Below are positions 1-11,904 of a DNA stretch of 64,000 bases, in pieces (positions within the stretch are counted from its first letter, which is position 1; every line of letters starts with the position of its first letter). This DNA comes from Utricularia gibba (lineage: Eukaryota > Plantae > Magnoliophyta). The DNA is taken from positions 4,154,001 to 4,218,000 of the forward strand of contig CM007990.1 in the NCBI GenBank assembly GCA_002189035.1. Reading direction: 5' to 3'. Under the pieces are notes generated by a model. It saw only the letters and a list, made by a program, of their open reading frames with translations, made no database searches and was not told where the DNA came from. A program made the translations under genes and the position numbers.

Positions 1-94
1 AAAACTGAACTAAAATTTTACGAATAAAATTGGAGTTTTAAATGGAAATTATGGATGAAATCAAACACAACAAAATACATGGTGGGAATGTGAG

Positions 95-1323
95 CTACAA
101 CCGTCTTGAATATCCAGATCCTCCACACCTTTTGCAGAGTACAAGACCTGCAACAACAACACCGGCATCAGTTTGAATGCAATGTCACTGAAATTTCTTC
201 ACTAAATGAGCTTAACCTGTACCTGCACCTTTGCAAACTTTACAATCAACAACCCCTGTTTCCACCTTCATCTTGCCCTCAATGCAGAAGACGCATTTCG
301 TTCCTCCTATCCTACCAAACAACACTTTCTCAGTGTGTGGAAACCCAAAACCGCATAGAACGAACACCGTCGATCAGGATCAGGGACTGGTAATTGAAGT
401 GTAGCACTAGTGCTTCACTCAACAAGGGTCATTCAACTTCATGGAAAAGGTTTCAGTTTATAATACACTCTCTCAGTGTGTCAAACCCAAACTGCATAGA
501 ACGAACATCGCCTTTGTTGTGACGAAAAGAAAGTGCTCAACAGTCAAACTTCAAGTTAAGGATCAGGGGCAGAAAATGGAAGTGTAGCACTAGTGCTTGC
601 TTGCTTTACTCAACAAGGGTCACTCAACTTCAAGGTAAAGGTTTCAGTTTATATAATACGCACTCCTAGAAGCCAATAAGCAATGCTCTTTGAAAAAGTG
701 CATGTTCTGAAAAATGGAATTCAAAAGGCTTTCTAAGGAGATAGGATGAAGAAGTAGCTATAGCATACCGTTTCCAGCACATCTCTCGCAGGGTACAGGG
801 TCTCCCTGCAAATTCCCACACAATGATTTCAATAAGAATTCAATGTTAGCAGAAGAGGATTTCATAATCGCACAAGTATCCAATCACTCTGGGGCATCAG
901 AACTCAAAATCACGCCTGCAGAAACTTACGGAAATCAAATTGAGCATATAGATTTTAAGACTTGAGGCAAAGAACAATCAGAAACTGAAATAAAGTACGA
1001 AGCATTTGATCAAACACCTTGAGGCCAAGAAACAGGGAGGCAACAATGGCGGCCATTACGCTGACCGTGAGAACAACTGTCTGAGTATCCACCGCCGGCG
1101 ATTCGAATCCGGTGAAGAGAAAAATGGGGCGACTTGAAATCGTGGGATGAAGGCATTCGCCAAGCCGCCGCTGGGAAAGTAAACAAGACGCCGGGGACGA
1201 GGATAAGACTGGGAAATGTGAGTTATTACACGTGACAGTTTGGGGGAGAGATGAATTCATCCACAACGGTGATTCAGAAACTGACGTCCGTGGCGCCGGA
1301 TAGGGCGATGGAGTTGCTGCCAT
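95..1323 (-). CDS. Plastid-targeted DnaJ-like cysteine-rich zinc-finger protein (no J domain), 4 exons
   Basis: Ser/Pro-rich transit-peptide-like N-terminus and a hydrophobic segment ([20 protein letters not shown]). Manual splicing at GT-AG sites gives [57 protein letters not shown], i.e. four CxxCxGxG-type motifs. Confidence 0.85.
329..664. repeat. Imperfect tandem duplication (~140-190 bp units) inside intron 2 of the DnaJ-ZF gene
   Basis: Shared blocks TCTCAGTGTG..AAACCCAAA.C.GCATAGAACGAACA, GAAGTGTAGCACTAGTGCTT, CTCAACAAGGGTCA.TCAACTTCA and AAAGGTTTCAGTTTATA occur at ~329-470 and ~471-664. Confidence 0.85.
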
Positions 1324-1472
1324 CGGAGATCAACAGCTTGAGCCGATATGTGGAGCTCCATTTTTTGCATATTTAGAAATCGTAACCCCCAAATTTTAAC
1401 AGTCACCGCACGCACATAAAAAGCTTATCCATCTCGTTAAATGTAAGCTTCCGTTCCCGATTCCCCTGAAAA
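1324..1472. promoter_or_regulatory. 149-bp bidirectional promoter/5' UTR region between the DnaJ-ZF and trigger factor start codons
   Basis: Head-to-head ATGs at 1323(-) and 1473(+). I-box core (GATAAG on minus strand) at 1424-1429. Confidence 0.6.
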
Positions 1473-4216
1473 ATGGAAGCCTGCTTCTGCACAGCCGCTC
1501 GAGCATTTTTCCATTTCAGCGATTCCACTTCTTCATCATCTTCTACTAATTTTTCAATACCTTCATTGCCTTGTTCTTTTTCGAGCCATATCTTGGTGCC
1601 CAGCAAAGCATTTCGCAATCTCGGTACGAGAGATTTGACCCGCTTAGTGCCATCCGCTGCACCGCCTACTGCAGAGGCCCCTGTTGATATTCAAGTCACA
1701 GAAACCCAGAACCCAATTCAAGAGTCGGTTCATTTTCCCTTATCTCTTTAGACTGTGTGGCATTCCTCTATTTTCCATGCCACTGAACTCTTGAAGTTCT
1801 TCAGGTCAGGTTGAGTGTACAAGTTCCCACTCAAGTTTGCGATGATTGCTACAAGAAAGTCCTCAGAGAGCTCACAAAGAGAGCAAAGGTTTGATCTTTT
1901 TCCCCTTTTCATTTCCAATTCACAAACTAGCTCTGCCCTTGTAGTCATGGCCTCCAATTTCAGGTCCCCGGGTTTCGTCCTGGAAATATGTTCCGGAGGA
2001 TATTCTTGTGAATTTTGTAGGCAAGGATATGGTCAAGAAGGCTACTATTGAATCCATTCTGAAGACAACACTTCCGCAAGCTATGTCTTCGGTACGACCC
2101 CTTCATTCTATTGGAAGGACTCTGCTGAAGTGACAGCTGCTTTGTATAATGTCCCTTGACTCCTCTGCTACTTTTACTGGATTTTTAAATCTTTAGGTAA
2201 CTGGAAGAGCATTGGAAGATTCAATTCGCATTTCAACCAAGTTTCCTGAAATGGAGGATGCCTACGCCTCCATGAAGTCCTTGAGGTTTGTTGTGCTCAA
2301 TTCAACTGCTTTTCTTGCTGCAGAGGATTACTACTGTTTTTCCATCTTGAGTATGCTGATGCAAACAATGCTTCCATTCCGTTGCTAGATATGATATCAT
2401 TGTTGACGTTGTGCCTGAAGTCAAATGGGTGCCTGAAGATGGGTACAAGAATCTGAAGATCGTTGTGGAGATTGACAAGGAGATAGATGCTCAAACTGCT
2501 GCCGACCAAGAATTGCAACGTCGCTTGAAGGCCCTGGGCGCACTAAAAATTGTAACTTCCAGAGGACTTGAGGTAAGCAATGCCATTTCATGCACTCTTG
2601 AAACAGAATCAAGGATTGAAGGAAAATGTGAAAAATGTACCTAGGGATCAGGATCTATTATACCAGTGTAACAACTAAAAAGAACCAGGGGATGGATGTC
2701 CTTTGTGATAAGTGATAACCCCTGCATTTGCTACCTGAATTAGTATCAGCCTGAAGCTCTTTTTTTTTTCAGGTTGGTGATGTTGCAGTTCTTGACATAT
2801 CAGCTAAAACGATTGAGCAAGATGAATCGAAGGCACAAAGCATTCCATCAGTGGAGAGTAAAGGTATAGCAAAGCGTACCTTCGATTCACTAGTACATTC
2901 CAGAAGATTTCTAAATGTTGTAAAACTCATGCATTGCCATCCCTTAGGTTTCCAGTTCGACACAGAGAATGGGGATGCAGTCCTGCCAGATTTCCTAGGC
3001 TCTGTTCTAGGGATCCAAATAGGTGAAATAAAGACATTCTCGTATGTGTTTCCTGATACATGGAAACAAGAAGCTCTTCGTGGAGTTCACGCTCAGTTTA
3101 CTGTAAGCTCCTTCAAAATGAAATCTTATTTTAGGATGAAGCACTGTATCCAGTGTGAGAACTTCCTAGATTTGGCGCTCCTAGGTAGAGTGCAAGGAGC
3201 TGTTCTATAGAGTTCTTCCTGAACTGGATGACTCCACTGCAGAAAAAATTTTACCTGGTACCACAACAATAGCAGACGTAAGTCGTTTGCCTCTGTATTC
3301 ATGGCATTGTATTTGCCTCAGCTACCGACATTCTATTTCTAATCTGCAGGTTAAGGATTCGTTACTGCAAAAATTTCTTGAACTGGAACAAACAGCTAAG
3401 GAACAAGCAACAGACAATGCAATTCTAGACCAGCTACAAAAAGTATGCCTCTGTAACTTACTGAATGCTGAAGGAGGAGCATCTTCGCTTGCTTTTGGTT
3501 GACTGATACGGAATTTTCTGCATTTTCGACTTGTCATAGATGGTTGAAGTTGATATTCCTCCATCTTTGTTTGAAGAGCAAGGCAGAGAGCTCTATGGAG
3601 CACAACTGCTTCAAATTCAGGTAAGGACCCTTGTGGATTCAGCCTTTTTTTTCGCAGAGTTGTTTCACAGAGCATGAACATAACATCATCCAATGCTTCT
3701 TAGCAGAAGCTATCCAGTCCGCTTAAAACTGGGTTCTGTTTTTCAGGCAAACAGCAAGCTAAGCGAACAGCAGTTGGCATCTCTCTCAAGTCCAGGGGCA
3801 GTGAACCGGTTCCTGGAAACTCAAAAGGATAACATCACGAACATCATCAAGCAGAATCTAGCCGTAGGCGACATTTTCAAACGCGAAAACCTGCAGGTAG
3901 ACAATGAAACCCCCATGAAGATACCTAATCCGCTCCTCCTACACACATCCTAAGTTTTTCATCGTGGTCAACCAGATACTGACGGAGGAGCTCGTAAAGG
4001 AGGTTGAGAATTCGATCGTTGAATTCAAGCGCTACGACCAAGAATACGACGAGGAGCGCGTCCGATCACAGGTAACAACATTTTCGATATCAATAGTCCA
4101 CATTCGCTCCGGGGATCTTGAACTCCGTTTACCCACAGGTGCAAGAAGTTCTGGAGGGAGCGAAGGTCCTGGAATGGCTGAAAGTACGTGCAGATATCCA
4201 GTACATTACCAAGTAG
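1473..4216 (+). CDS. TIG1: Chloroplast trigger factor-like chaperone (~13 exons; two apparent 1-nt deletions at ~1708 and ~1985)
   Basis: Spliced peptides VRLSVQVPTQVCDDCY, VPGFRPG, KWVPEDGYKNLKIVVE, GFQFDTE, EQATDNAILDQL, FEEQGRELYGA, QNLAVGDIFKRENL and VQEVLEGAKVLEWLK match plant trigger factor as recalled. Confidence 0.93.
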
Positions 4217-4746
4217 GGCATCCCGCACATATGCAGTACAATGTTTTTTCTTTTCTTTTTTTTTTTGATAAGAAACATAATTAATTTGAAATTATGTTTA
4301 AGATATGAATTATATAAATATACATTTAAAATGATATTATGTTTAATAAACTCATTTGAAATATATGAAAAAAATATAATTTTCTTGGATGAAAAGTTTT
4401 GAAAAATCACAAGTATTTTACAAATCATATATCAAATAAATGATATTATCATTATATATATAAAAAAAATGATTGATAATATAGTAGAGAAGATTTATAC
4501 CTAAATTTTTACATAAATTACAGTTTGATTAAACAGCATATGTATGTCAATTTTGTATAACTATATCATTCACATATTTATTTTTTGAACATATAAATAA
4601 TATATACAAATAAAAGGTGAGATTAATTATATCATATTAATCATATTATTATTCTTATATATCAAATGTTATATACAATTGAATATGCACATATATATAT
4701 ACTCAATTACACTATACCTAAGCATGCATACATTACTATGAAATGA

Positions 4747-4750
<4 letters not shown>

Positions 4751-4780
<30 letters not shown>
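4751..4780. repeat. (AT)15 microsatellite
   Basis: Direct reading. Confidence 0.95.
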
Positions 4781-4784
<4 letters not shown>

Positions 4785-4880
4785 TTATTTATTTAATAAC
4801 ATAAATAAAATTTATCAAATATAGTTTTAGTAAATTTAGATACATTAATTAATTTAAAGGAGGCCGTGGTCTGAGTGGAT

Positions 4881-4964
4881 TGGGCCTCATATCTGGGGCC
4901 CAGGTTGATTTTGGTTGACTGCTGCTCATCGTTGTCGTCACACCTGAGTCCCGAATTAGGGTTT
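4881..4964 (+). promoter_or_regulatory. Site II (TGGGCC) plus telo-box (TAGGGTTT) promoter module upstream of the zinc-knuckle gene
   Basis: TGGGCC at 4881-4886 and TAGGGTTT at 4957-4964. This pairing is typical of plant RNA-processing and translation genes. Confidence 0.55.
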
Positions 4965-5076
4965 GGGATAGCCGCATAACATGAAATCTGTATTCGATTT
5001 TATCCCCTTTCGTTGAGTTGCAATTTGCAGTTAACTGAGGCGCGTGGGGCGTGGGTTAGCTGGAGGAGGATCTAAG

Positions 5077-7466
5077 ATGGGAAAAAGGCAGAGGAAGTTG
5101 AAATCGGCGGAAGATACGGAGGAAGATGGGAGAACGAGCAGAACAAGAATTGTCGCGAGCAGCGATGAGGAGGTTGATAAATATCTGCAATTTCATTGTC
5201 GTCGAAGGACAGAAGGCGCCATTGATCTCGTTACGGATTCGAAGAAAGGGGGGAAAAGACGGAAGACGAAGAGAAGAAAGGGTATAGACGATGCCGTTGT
5301 AGTCAAAGTACCAGAAGATCCGGTAAGCACTCTTTTTAGGATTTTTGCAGTGGACATTATATGGGGCTCTGGCGCAATAGTTGTACTTCCGTTTTTGCAC
5401 TTTTTTCCAGGTAGAAAACGAAATAGATCCCGAAAACAAACTTAGCTCTGTGGAGTTGATTACGGTATTTCATGTAAAAGTTGCTTAAGCTTTTTGAGTT
5501 GAGCAGACAGTATTCGAGATTGCTCTCTTGCTTCGCAAACGCTGAGTTTCCGATATGTGGGATTGCACTGGGTCAGTTTCTGGTTTGCTGATTGTGGGAG
5601 CATGCCGTCTAGGGCTTACTTTTCTTTCAAAGGGAAATACATGGATTCAAATTTTTTGAACACGAAAGTTTGATTTGTTATTTGTAAAATACATTGAAAC
5701 GTGTTCTATTTTTACTATTGGTTGTTTTAGTTCTTTTTATGTTGATGGAGATTGTATCAGGAGAATTATATATAGTAAAAAATGCACAAAGGATGAGCAT
5801 GATGCTGGCTCTGAGTATTTTTTTTTTTTTTTTCTCCGTGCTCAGTCAGATACATTAGAAGACAAACAAGAGAAGGATAATGCAACTGATATTTCTATCA
5901 ATGCATTTGAGTCGAAGCCTGGTGAGAAATCAGAAAATGATGTCCTGCGGAAACTTCTTGTGAGACAAAACTCTCTCCTAGCCACGCATAATCAGATAAC
6001 CAGGGCACATATCCTCATAGTCATTGTTGTGCCAGCGTGGTCCTAGGTACTTCGATCCTCCAGATACAAGTTGGGGAGCGTGCTATAATTGTGGCGAAGA
6101 AGGTCATACAACGATCAACTGTCCTTCAGAGAAGCGAAGGAAGCCTTGTTATGTCTGTGGCAGCCATGATCATATTGCAAAGCGCTGTAATCGGGTGGGT
6201 TTCTTTAAAGTGAACTTTATATATAAATATGGAACTGTCATTTTGTATTGGATGCTATGTCCTATATGTGATGTTTGGCAGGGTCTAGATTGCTTCATTT
6301 GTCAGAGTAAGACTCATCGTGCAAGGGATTGTCCTGAAAAGCAGAAGACTTCCAAGATTTGTCTAAAATGTGGGAATTCAGGACACACTATGTTTTCCTG
6401 CAGAAGTGAGTATTCTTCTGAGGATCTCAAGGTACCTGTTCTCATAAATTACATGGTTATATTTTTTCTGTACACAGTTGAAAAACTGCTTGTTTTCCAT
6501 CCATAGGAAATAAGGTGTTACGTTTGTGGTAAATTTGGCCACATGTGCTGTGCGGATTATAGCGATCCTGGCCCAAGGGAGATTTCCTGTTACCGGTGTG
6601 GTTTGTCTGGCCATAATGGTTTGGTTAGTCAATTCTTTATTCCAGCTTTAGAAGTTGAAGATCTTGGACTCTTAATGGAGTTAAAAAAACATGATCCTTG
6701 TGCTTTTAGCTTTGAGTTATTGATAAATTTCATAAAGTTGTTTTCCTGGTTGATTTGACTCTAATTCTTCAATTCTTTCAGTCCTGCAAAGGCTATGACA
6801 GTGAGACAGTTACCGTGACACGTGACAACTCATGTTTCAATTGTGGCTTACGTGGTCATTTCTCCCGTGAATGTACAAGTTCGAAGAAGGTTTCTTGCTT
6901 CTCTTGAGTTATGTAATTATGCCATTGCCTCATTGTGACGCCACTGATTTGTCTATTAGGCTGGTAAGAGGAAAAGTGAACCGTCAACACCAAAGCAACA
7001 ATCTCCCATGAAAAAAAAGTTCCCTGGAGATATCAAGTCCGTGCCCATTGATCCGAGCAAGATGATTAGAAAGAAGAATCCTCTCATTCCGGTATTTGTT
7101 TCTGCTGGGAAATCAAAACAAAGTGGTGGGTGGGTGGCTGAACACCCCGATGATGATATGTATAGAGGTAGTAAAAGGAATGTAGGTTTCCGCGAATTGC
7201 CCCATGACCAAAGATCAAACGGTCATTATGGATTCTCAACTCCCGGTCCTCCCCAGAACCATTTCCAGAATGGATTTGCATACAGAGGATCTAGGATATC
7301 CACTCCTGGTGATCACTATGGGCTATCGACTCCAAGTCCTTCCCATAACTATTACAGGAATGGATTCCACAGCTCTGCATATAATGATTCAAGTGGATTC
7401 TATCATGAGAATGGGTTCTCGGCTCCAGGGTTTATCCAAAAGGGAAGACGCCATGGGCAATGGTAA
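5077..7466 (+). CDS. Multi zinc-knuckle (CCHC) protein, AIR1/ZCCHC7-like
   Basis: About seven Cx2Cx4Hx4C-type knuckles after splicing (CYNCGEEGHTTINC, CYVCGSHDHIAKRC, CFICQSKTHRARDC, CLKCGNSGHTMFSC, CYVCGKFGHMCC, CYRCGLSGHNGLSC, CFNCGLRGHFSREC), plus the conserved RKLLRGPRYFDPP motif. Confidence 0.88.
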
Positions 7467-8859
7467 AGAAGGAAATTTTGACAAGACGAAGCAGAATTGT
7501 GGACAAGAGACTAGACCATACACACCAAGGGGGGCATGGCATACTCGGGAGATGGAGAGGGCTGTCTTTGATGGAAATCGGAGGTCCCCCGCACTGGTAA
7601 GCACTATCTGATCCTTTCACTGTTTGTGTGACCGCACACCCTCAACCCTAACCTGTATTCATTTCCCCACCACCCCAGCAACTGAAAGAACCAGATGTCT
7701 GGTTCCTGCTCCCAGATGTGTTTCCTATTGATGCTATATGATATTCATTCATTCCTTCCTTCCATCGACTCCTACCCATAAGTTGTGGACTGGACATGAA
7801 AGGCAGTGATAGATGGGGTTCAACTAATCGAACGCCTGGTCCTGGTACACTCATTTGTGAATGCTGTTGATGTCAATTTCTCAAGCTGTTTAGAGGGGAA
7901 GGTCATAAGTTGGGGGTTAACTCTTGGCCACAGATTCGGGTGGCGTTCACATCTACTTGCCCCTCTTCGTCCTCCGGGAGGTGAGCGCACTTGCTGAGAT
8001 TGGAAGCCAATAGCGTAACGTTCCTCCTTGGGGTGAAGTTTGGCCGCACTGTTTTTTTGGTGTTGAACCTTCCAAATTTGAGATTGAACCTTTCATACAA
8101 ATTCAATTTTACCCTCGAAAAACTTTTGATGGAGTCCTTCTCGACAGTGTGTAAAAAAGAATACACATTAATTTTCAGAGATTGCTCATTGCAGGAGCAT
8201 CAGCCACACCCGTTGGTTCTTGGGATGATCCCCAAATCGGACAGGATGACATCGATGGGACGATGGAGAGGGGGCGTACCCCTGCAACTATCTCCGTCAT
8301 CTGCCCCCTCCCCCCTTGAGGCATGACTTGAGGGCATTCCAATTTGGATATCGGCGACGTTAAGCCGGACGCGTTTCCTCAATCTCTCCGTTCCCGAAGA
8401 CGGACAAAAAACGATCAACACTCTCTTCCGGTTTAGCTCCAAGGGATCAGGGGACAAGCTTCCATTGTCATCAAGACGGATACCTTGAAAGTCACTCGGC
8501 CTCCAACGCAATGCAGCCTTTCGACTCCATTCAACTCCTTCCCGACGGATTACGCAAAAACCTTCACTGGAGTTCCGGCAAACGCCGCGATGAAGCAGGA
8601 CGTCGCCATCTGGTTCTAAGCGTCAAAGTATAGCAGTAGGCGGTAAGTAAAGGGACGACCGTAGAATTGAGTTGAATTAGGTTAGTTTTTATTTGTAACA
8701 AAACGGGAATTTTTGATTCTACTATAAAAATTAAATAAAATTAGTTTAATAAATTATGAAAATAAAAAACAAACCCTAGATGTCGAAGATTGATTGTTAA
8801 TGTCATCAGTTTAATTATGTGGAATTTATTTATAAATAAAACGAAAAATTGTTAGTAAT

Positions 8860-10740
8860 TCATCCTCTTTTCAAATTGCTGAATTTGTACAAGAGTGATT
8901 CTATTGATTTCTGTATTCTCGAGCTTTCTGCAGGCCTCACGGCTTGAGAAGCTGCCTGTAGACTTCTGATTCCTCTGCCCAAGTTGGCGATGGAAGGCGC
9001 TGCAGGGACTGATTCTGCAGCACATTCGATCCCATCGCCGTAAACAAGCAGCCCTGCACAGACTGCAACACTGCCTCCGAAGGTCACCCATGGAATCGGC
9101 CGGAACGGCCCAACGCTCCTGCGCCTCCGCATTATCTCGTACAGTGCTGTTCTCATTGCAGAGAGGCTTGATTTCTCTGCGGAGGCGATCATGCTGTGTG
9201 TCACGGCTCGGATTTTTCCGGCATATGAGGTAGATTTCAGGGCGGAGACTTTCAGTGCTGATAGGGCTTTGGATGGAGCAGCAACTTTGCCGAAGGCTAA
9301 ACCAAGTGCTTTCTGGGATACCAGTTGCAGAGAAGATGGGAGGTGAAGCGTGGCCAGTTTGATGTATGTCGAAAATGGAACTAACTTGGAGAGGTAGGAG
9401 GCTCCAAATATCGCGGTTGCACCCGCACCAACGGCCACCATTGGCTTATCGGAAAGTAGTCGTTTCCTGTATAGATGCGGTGGATGTTGAGCATCGTCCG
9501 ATTCCCCGACAACCAGTTGGTCCACAATCCCTTTCACTTCAGGAGGAATGATCGTTTGCCAGTGTTTCCGGAGGCCTGAGAATCCACTGGCATCAACTAC
9601 AGCAACTACTGATTTGTACCTCATCATCTGGCTTCTGAGGGCTTGTGCAAATATAGCTTGTGATTGATCTTCAAAAGGCAGATCGGAAAACTCACAGGGG
9701 GCTGAATCTTGGGACTTTACTATCCGGCCGGCATTTGTCAAAGCCATTCTGAGTCCCTCAACAGCAATCTCAAATGCATATACTTCTGACAGGGTTTGAT
9801 TGTCAACACTCTCTCCCTTGTCAACATGACTGAGCATTTTCTGTGCACAGGCCAAAGCAGTTCCCATGGATGGTAGGTCGAGGAATATGTCGTGCAAATC
9901 CACTAACAATGGGTACAAATATTTTGCATATTGAGGGGCTTTGTAATCAGCAACAGGGCTTGCACTCTGACTTGCAGATAATGAATGTGAACTCAAATAT
10001 GAGGACAGTGACTTCACCATTTGATGCTGAACAGGATCCTTGATGTCAACAATCTTGGGATTTCGAAGAAGAGTGGTTCCAACTCTAGAAACAAAGCTAT
10101 TTGTCTGCAAAGGAAGCATACCACTCAGGCCAGTTCCACTGCTTGGAATTTCTTCTTCCTCATTCAAGTCATCTGGTGTTTTTGAGGCCATGAAAGGTGA
10201 TTGAAGCATAAAAAATGAGGAACCAGCTTCTTCAGCAGCTTTCTTTGCTGTGAAAATATGTTCATCAAAACACACCCCAAAAATCTCCCTCAAAACCAAA
10301 TCCCCTGCAACGTTCTCATACTCCTCCCTATTGATCTTAAACATGAAACACTTCTTCAACACCTCAAACGCAGAAGTAGGGACAGCTTTCTCATCAACAC
10401 CATTCCCAGGCCGATTGGCCCTGAGGGAATGCCCAGCTTGGAATTCAGAAAGCCCACATGCCTCTACACTATTCGAGTTACCTACTTGCACAACCACCGC
10501 ATCCGGCTTGATTGCCCTTATCAAACAATCAGCATCAGATGATGATTTCTGAGACAAATTCTGGACCAATAGAACGTATATGACAGAGCCGGACTTAGGC
10601 TCCCTAGCCGCATACACAAAATTTCTGGTACTTTCAGGAATCGGCAACTTCCTAACAATCGCATCCGACGCCCTCAAATCATCAAACTTGAAACTAGAGA
10701 AAGGCCAGAAATTTTGCAGGTACACAATCGCCGCCCACAT
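8860..10740 (-). CDS. Intronless conserved plant protein of unknown function (626 aa), possible divergent TraB/PrgY-like fold, with C-terminal hydrophobic segments
   Basis: Long clean ORF. The segment VIYVLLVQNLSQKSSSDADCLIRAIKPDAVVVQV resembles the TraB N-terminal motif (YLVGTAHVS..S...V...I....PD.V.VEL). The fold assignment is inference. Confidence 0.85.
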   Translation of the reverse strand: MWAAIVYLQNFWPFSSFKFDDLRASDAIVRKLPIPESTRNFVYAAREPKSGSVIYVLLVQNLSQKSSSDADCLIRAIKPDAVVVQVGNSNSVEACGLSEFQAGHSLRANRPGNGVDEKAVPTSAFEVLKKCFMFKINREEYENVAGDLVLREIFGVCFDEHIFTAKKAAEEAGSSFFMLQSPFMASKTPDDLNEEEEIPSSGTGLSGMLPLQTNSFVSRVGTTLLRNPKIVDIKDPVQHQMVKSLSSYLSSHSLSASQSASPVADYKAPQYAKYLYPLLVDLHDIFLDLPSMGTALACAQKMLSHVDKGESVDNQTLSEVYAFEIAVEGLRMALTNAGRIVKSQDSAPCEFSDLPFEDQSQAIFAQALRSQMMRYKSVVAVVDASGFSGLRKHWQTIIPPEVKGIVDQLVVGESDDAQHPPHLYRKRLLSDKPMVAVGAGATAIFGASYLSKLVPFSTYIKLATLHLPSSLQLVSQKALGLAFGKVAAPSKALSALKVSALKSTSYAGKIRAVTHSMIASAEKSSLSAMRTALYEIMRRRRSVGPFRPIPWVTFGGSVAVCAGLLVYGDGIECAAESVPAAPSIANLGRGIRSLQAASQAVRPAESSRIQKSIESLLYKFSNLKRG

Positions 10741-11139
10741 AATCTAACTTCAAGAATCTTTAGTCAATCCAGTGTCCTAGAAAACATACTTCCAAAATTC
10801 CCACCAGATCAACCCTACGTAAAAACACGAAGCACAGACCAAGAAATCCTTTAATGATGATGCGAATACACAAAAACATACAAAAATTGTTTGCGCTCTC
10901 AAAGAAGTTACCCTGAAGCGTCGTCAGAATCCTTCAAGCGACGCCGCGGAGGAAAAAAAAAAAAGGAACGCCAAAAGTATTTCGATTTTGATACCTAGCA
11001 ACTCTTCAAGTGCCCATCCCATAAATCGTTTTGGTATTTTTCTATAGAAATTTAAATAAATAAAAAACCGCAAAACACAAACCCTAATTATTTTTGGTTA
11101 ATCATTTCAATTCCGGTTTTTTTGGATTCCGGTTTTCAG

Positions 11140-11165
11140 TAGAGTCCGGCCGGTTCCCGGTTCCT
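11140..11165 (+). mobile_element. Left end of a truncated hAT-MITE copy (same TIR family as 43982-44331)
   Basis: TAGAGTCCGGCCGGTTC matches the TIR TAGAGTTCGGCCGGTTC at 16 of 17 positions and is followed by GGTTCC repeats. No matching right TIR was found. Confidence 0.5.
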
Positions 11166-11904
11166 TTTTTTTTTTTTGGAAAAATGGTTTTTTAATTCAC
11201 AATATTTTACATATTTTTATTTTATAGTCAAATACTTTAATTTATATAAAATACAGTCAATAAGTTTATCAATAAATTCAATTTATTACATATCAGTTAA
11301 AAACTATTTTAAAAATTTTTAAAATTTGAGATAAATATTTTTAAAGAGAATTAAAATTTAATATACATTTTTAAAAAATATTGTAAAATTTTAAAAAATT
11401 ATTCAAATTATTAAAAAAATTAAAAGTATCATAGAATAAATATTAAAAATTGAGAAAAATAATTTTTAAAAGTTTAAAATATTTAAAAATATATATTGAA
11501 TTTTAGTTCTATTTAAAAACATATATCTCAAATTATAAAAAAAAATTAAAATATTTTTTGACCGAAATGACATAAATTGAGTTTATTTGTAAATTTGTTG
11601 ATTGAATTTTACACAAGTTAATAATTGAAATATTGTGACTTAAAAAATGATTTTTCCCTTTTTTTTTCTGGTTCCGGGTTATGGAAACATTAGAATTTTG
11701 AAGAATCGAATCTAAACCAAATCCAAAATCACAGTTGTTCAGTTCTATCTTCTGGGATTATGAATATTTTTTAATGGTGTGGGTTTATTGCAGTTTGGAT
11801 CGGTTCAATGGTGTGGGTTTATTGCAGCGCGCTGTATGACATGAATTCTGTTTGGTAATAAGCTTCGTACATGGTGGGTTCAATGAAATCCATCTACAAC
11901 GATG

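Noticed and set aside
11773-11828. 21-bp direct repeat AATGGTGTGGGTTTATTGCAG downstream of FBX2
   Set aside because: Short local duplication with no TSD/TIR context or other supporting signal.
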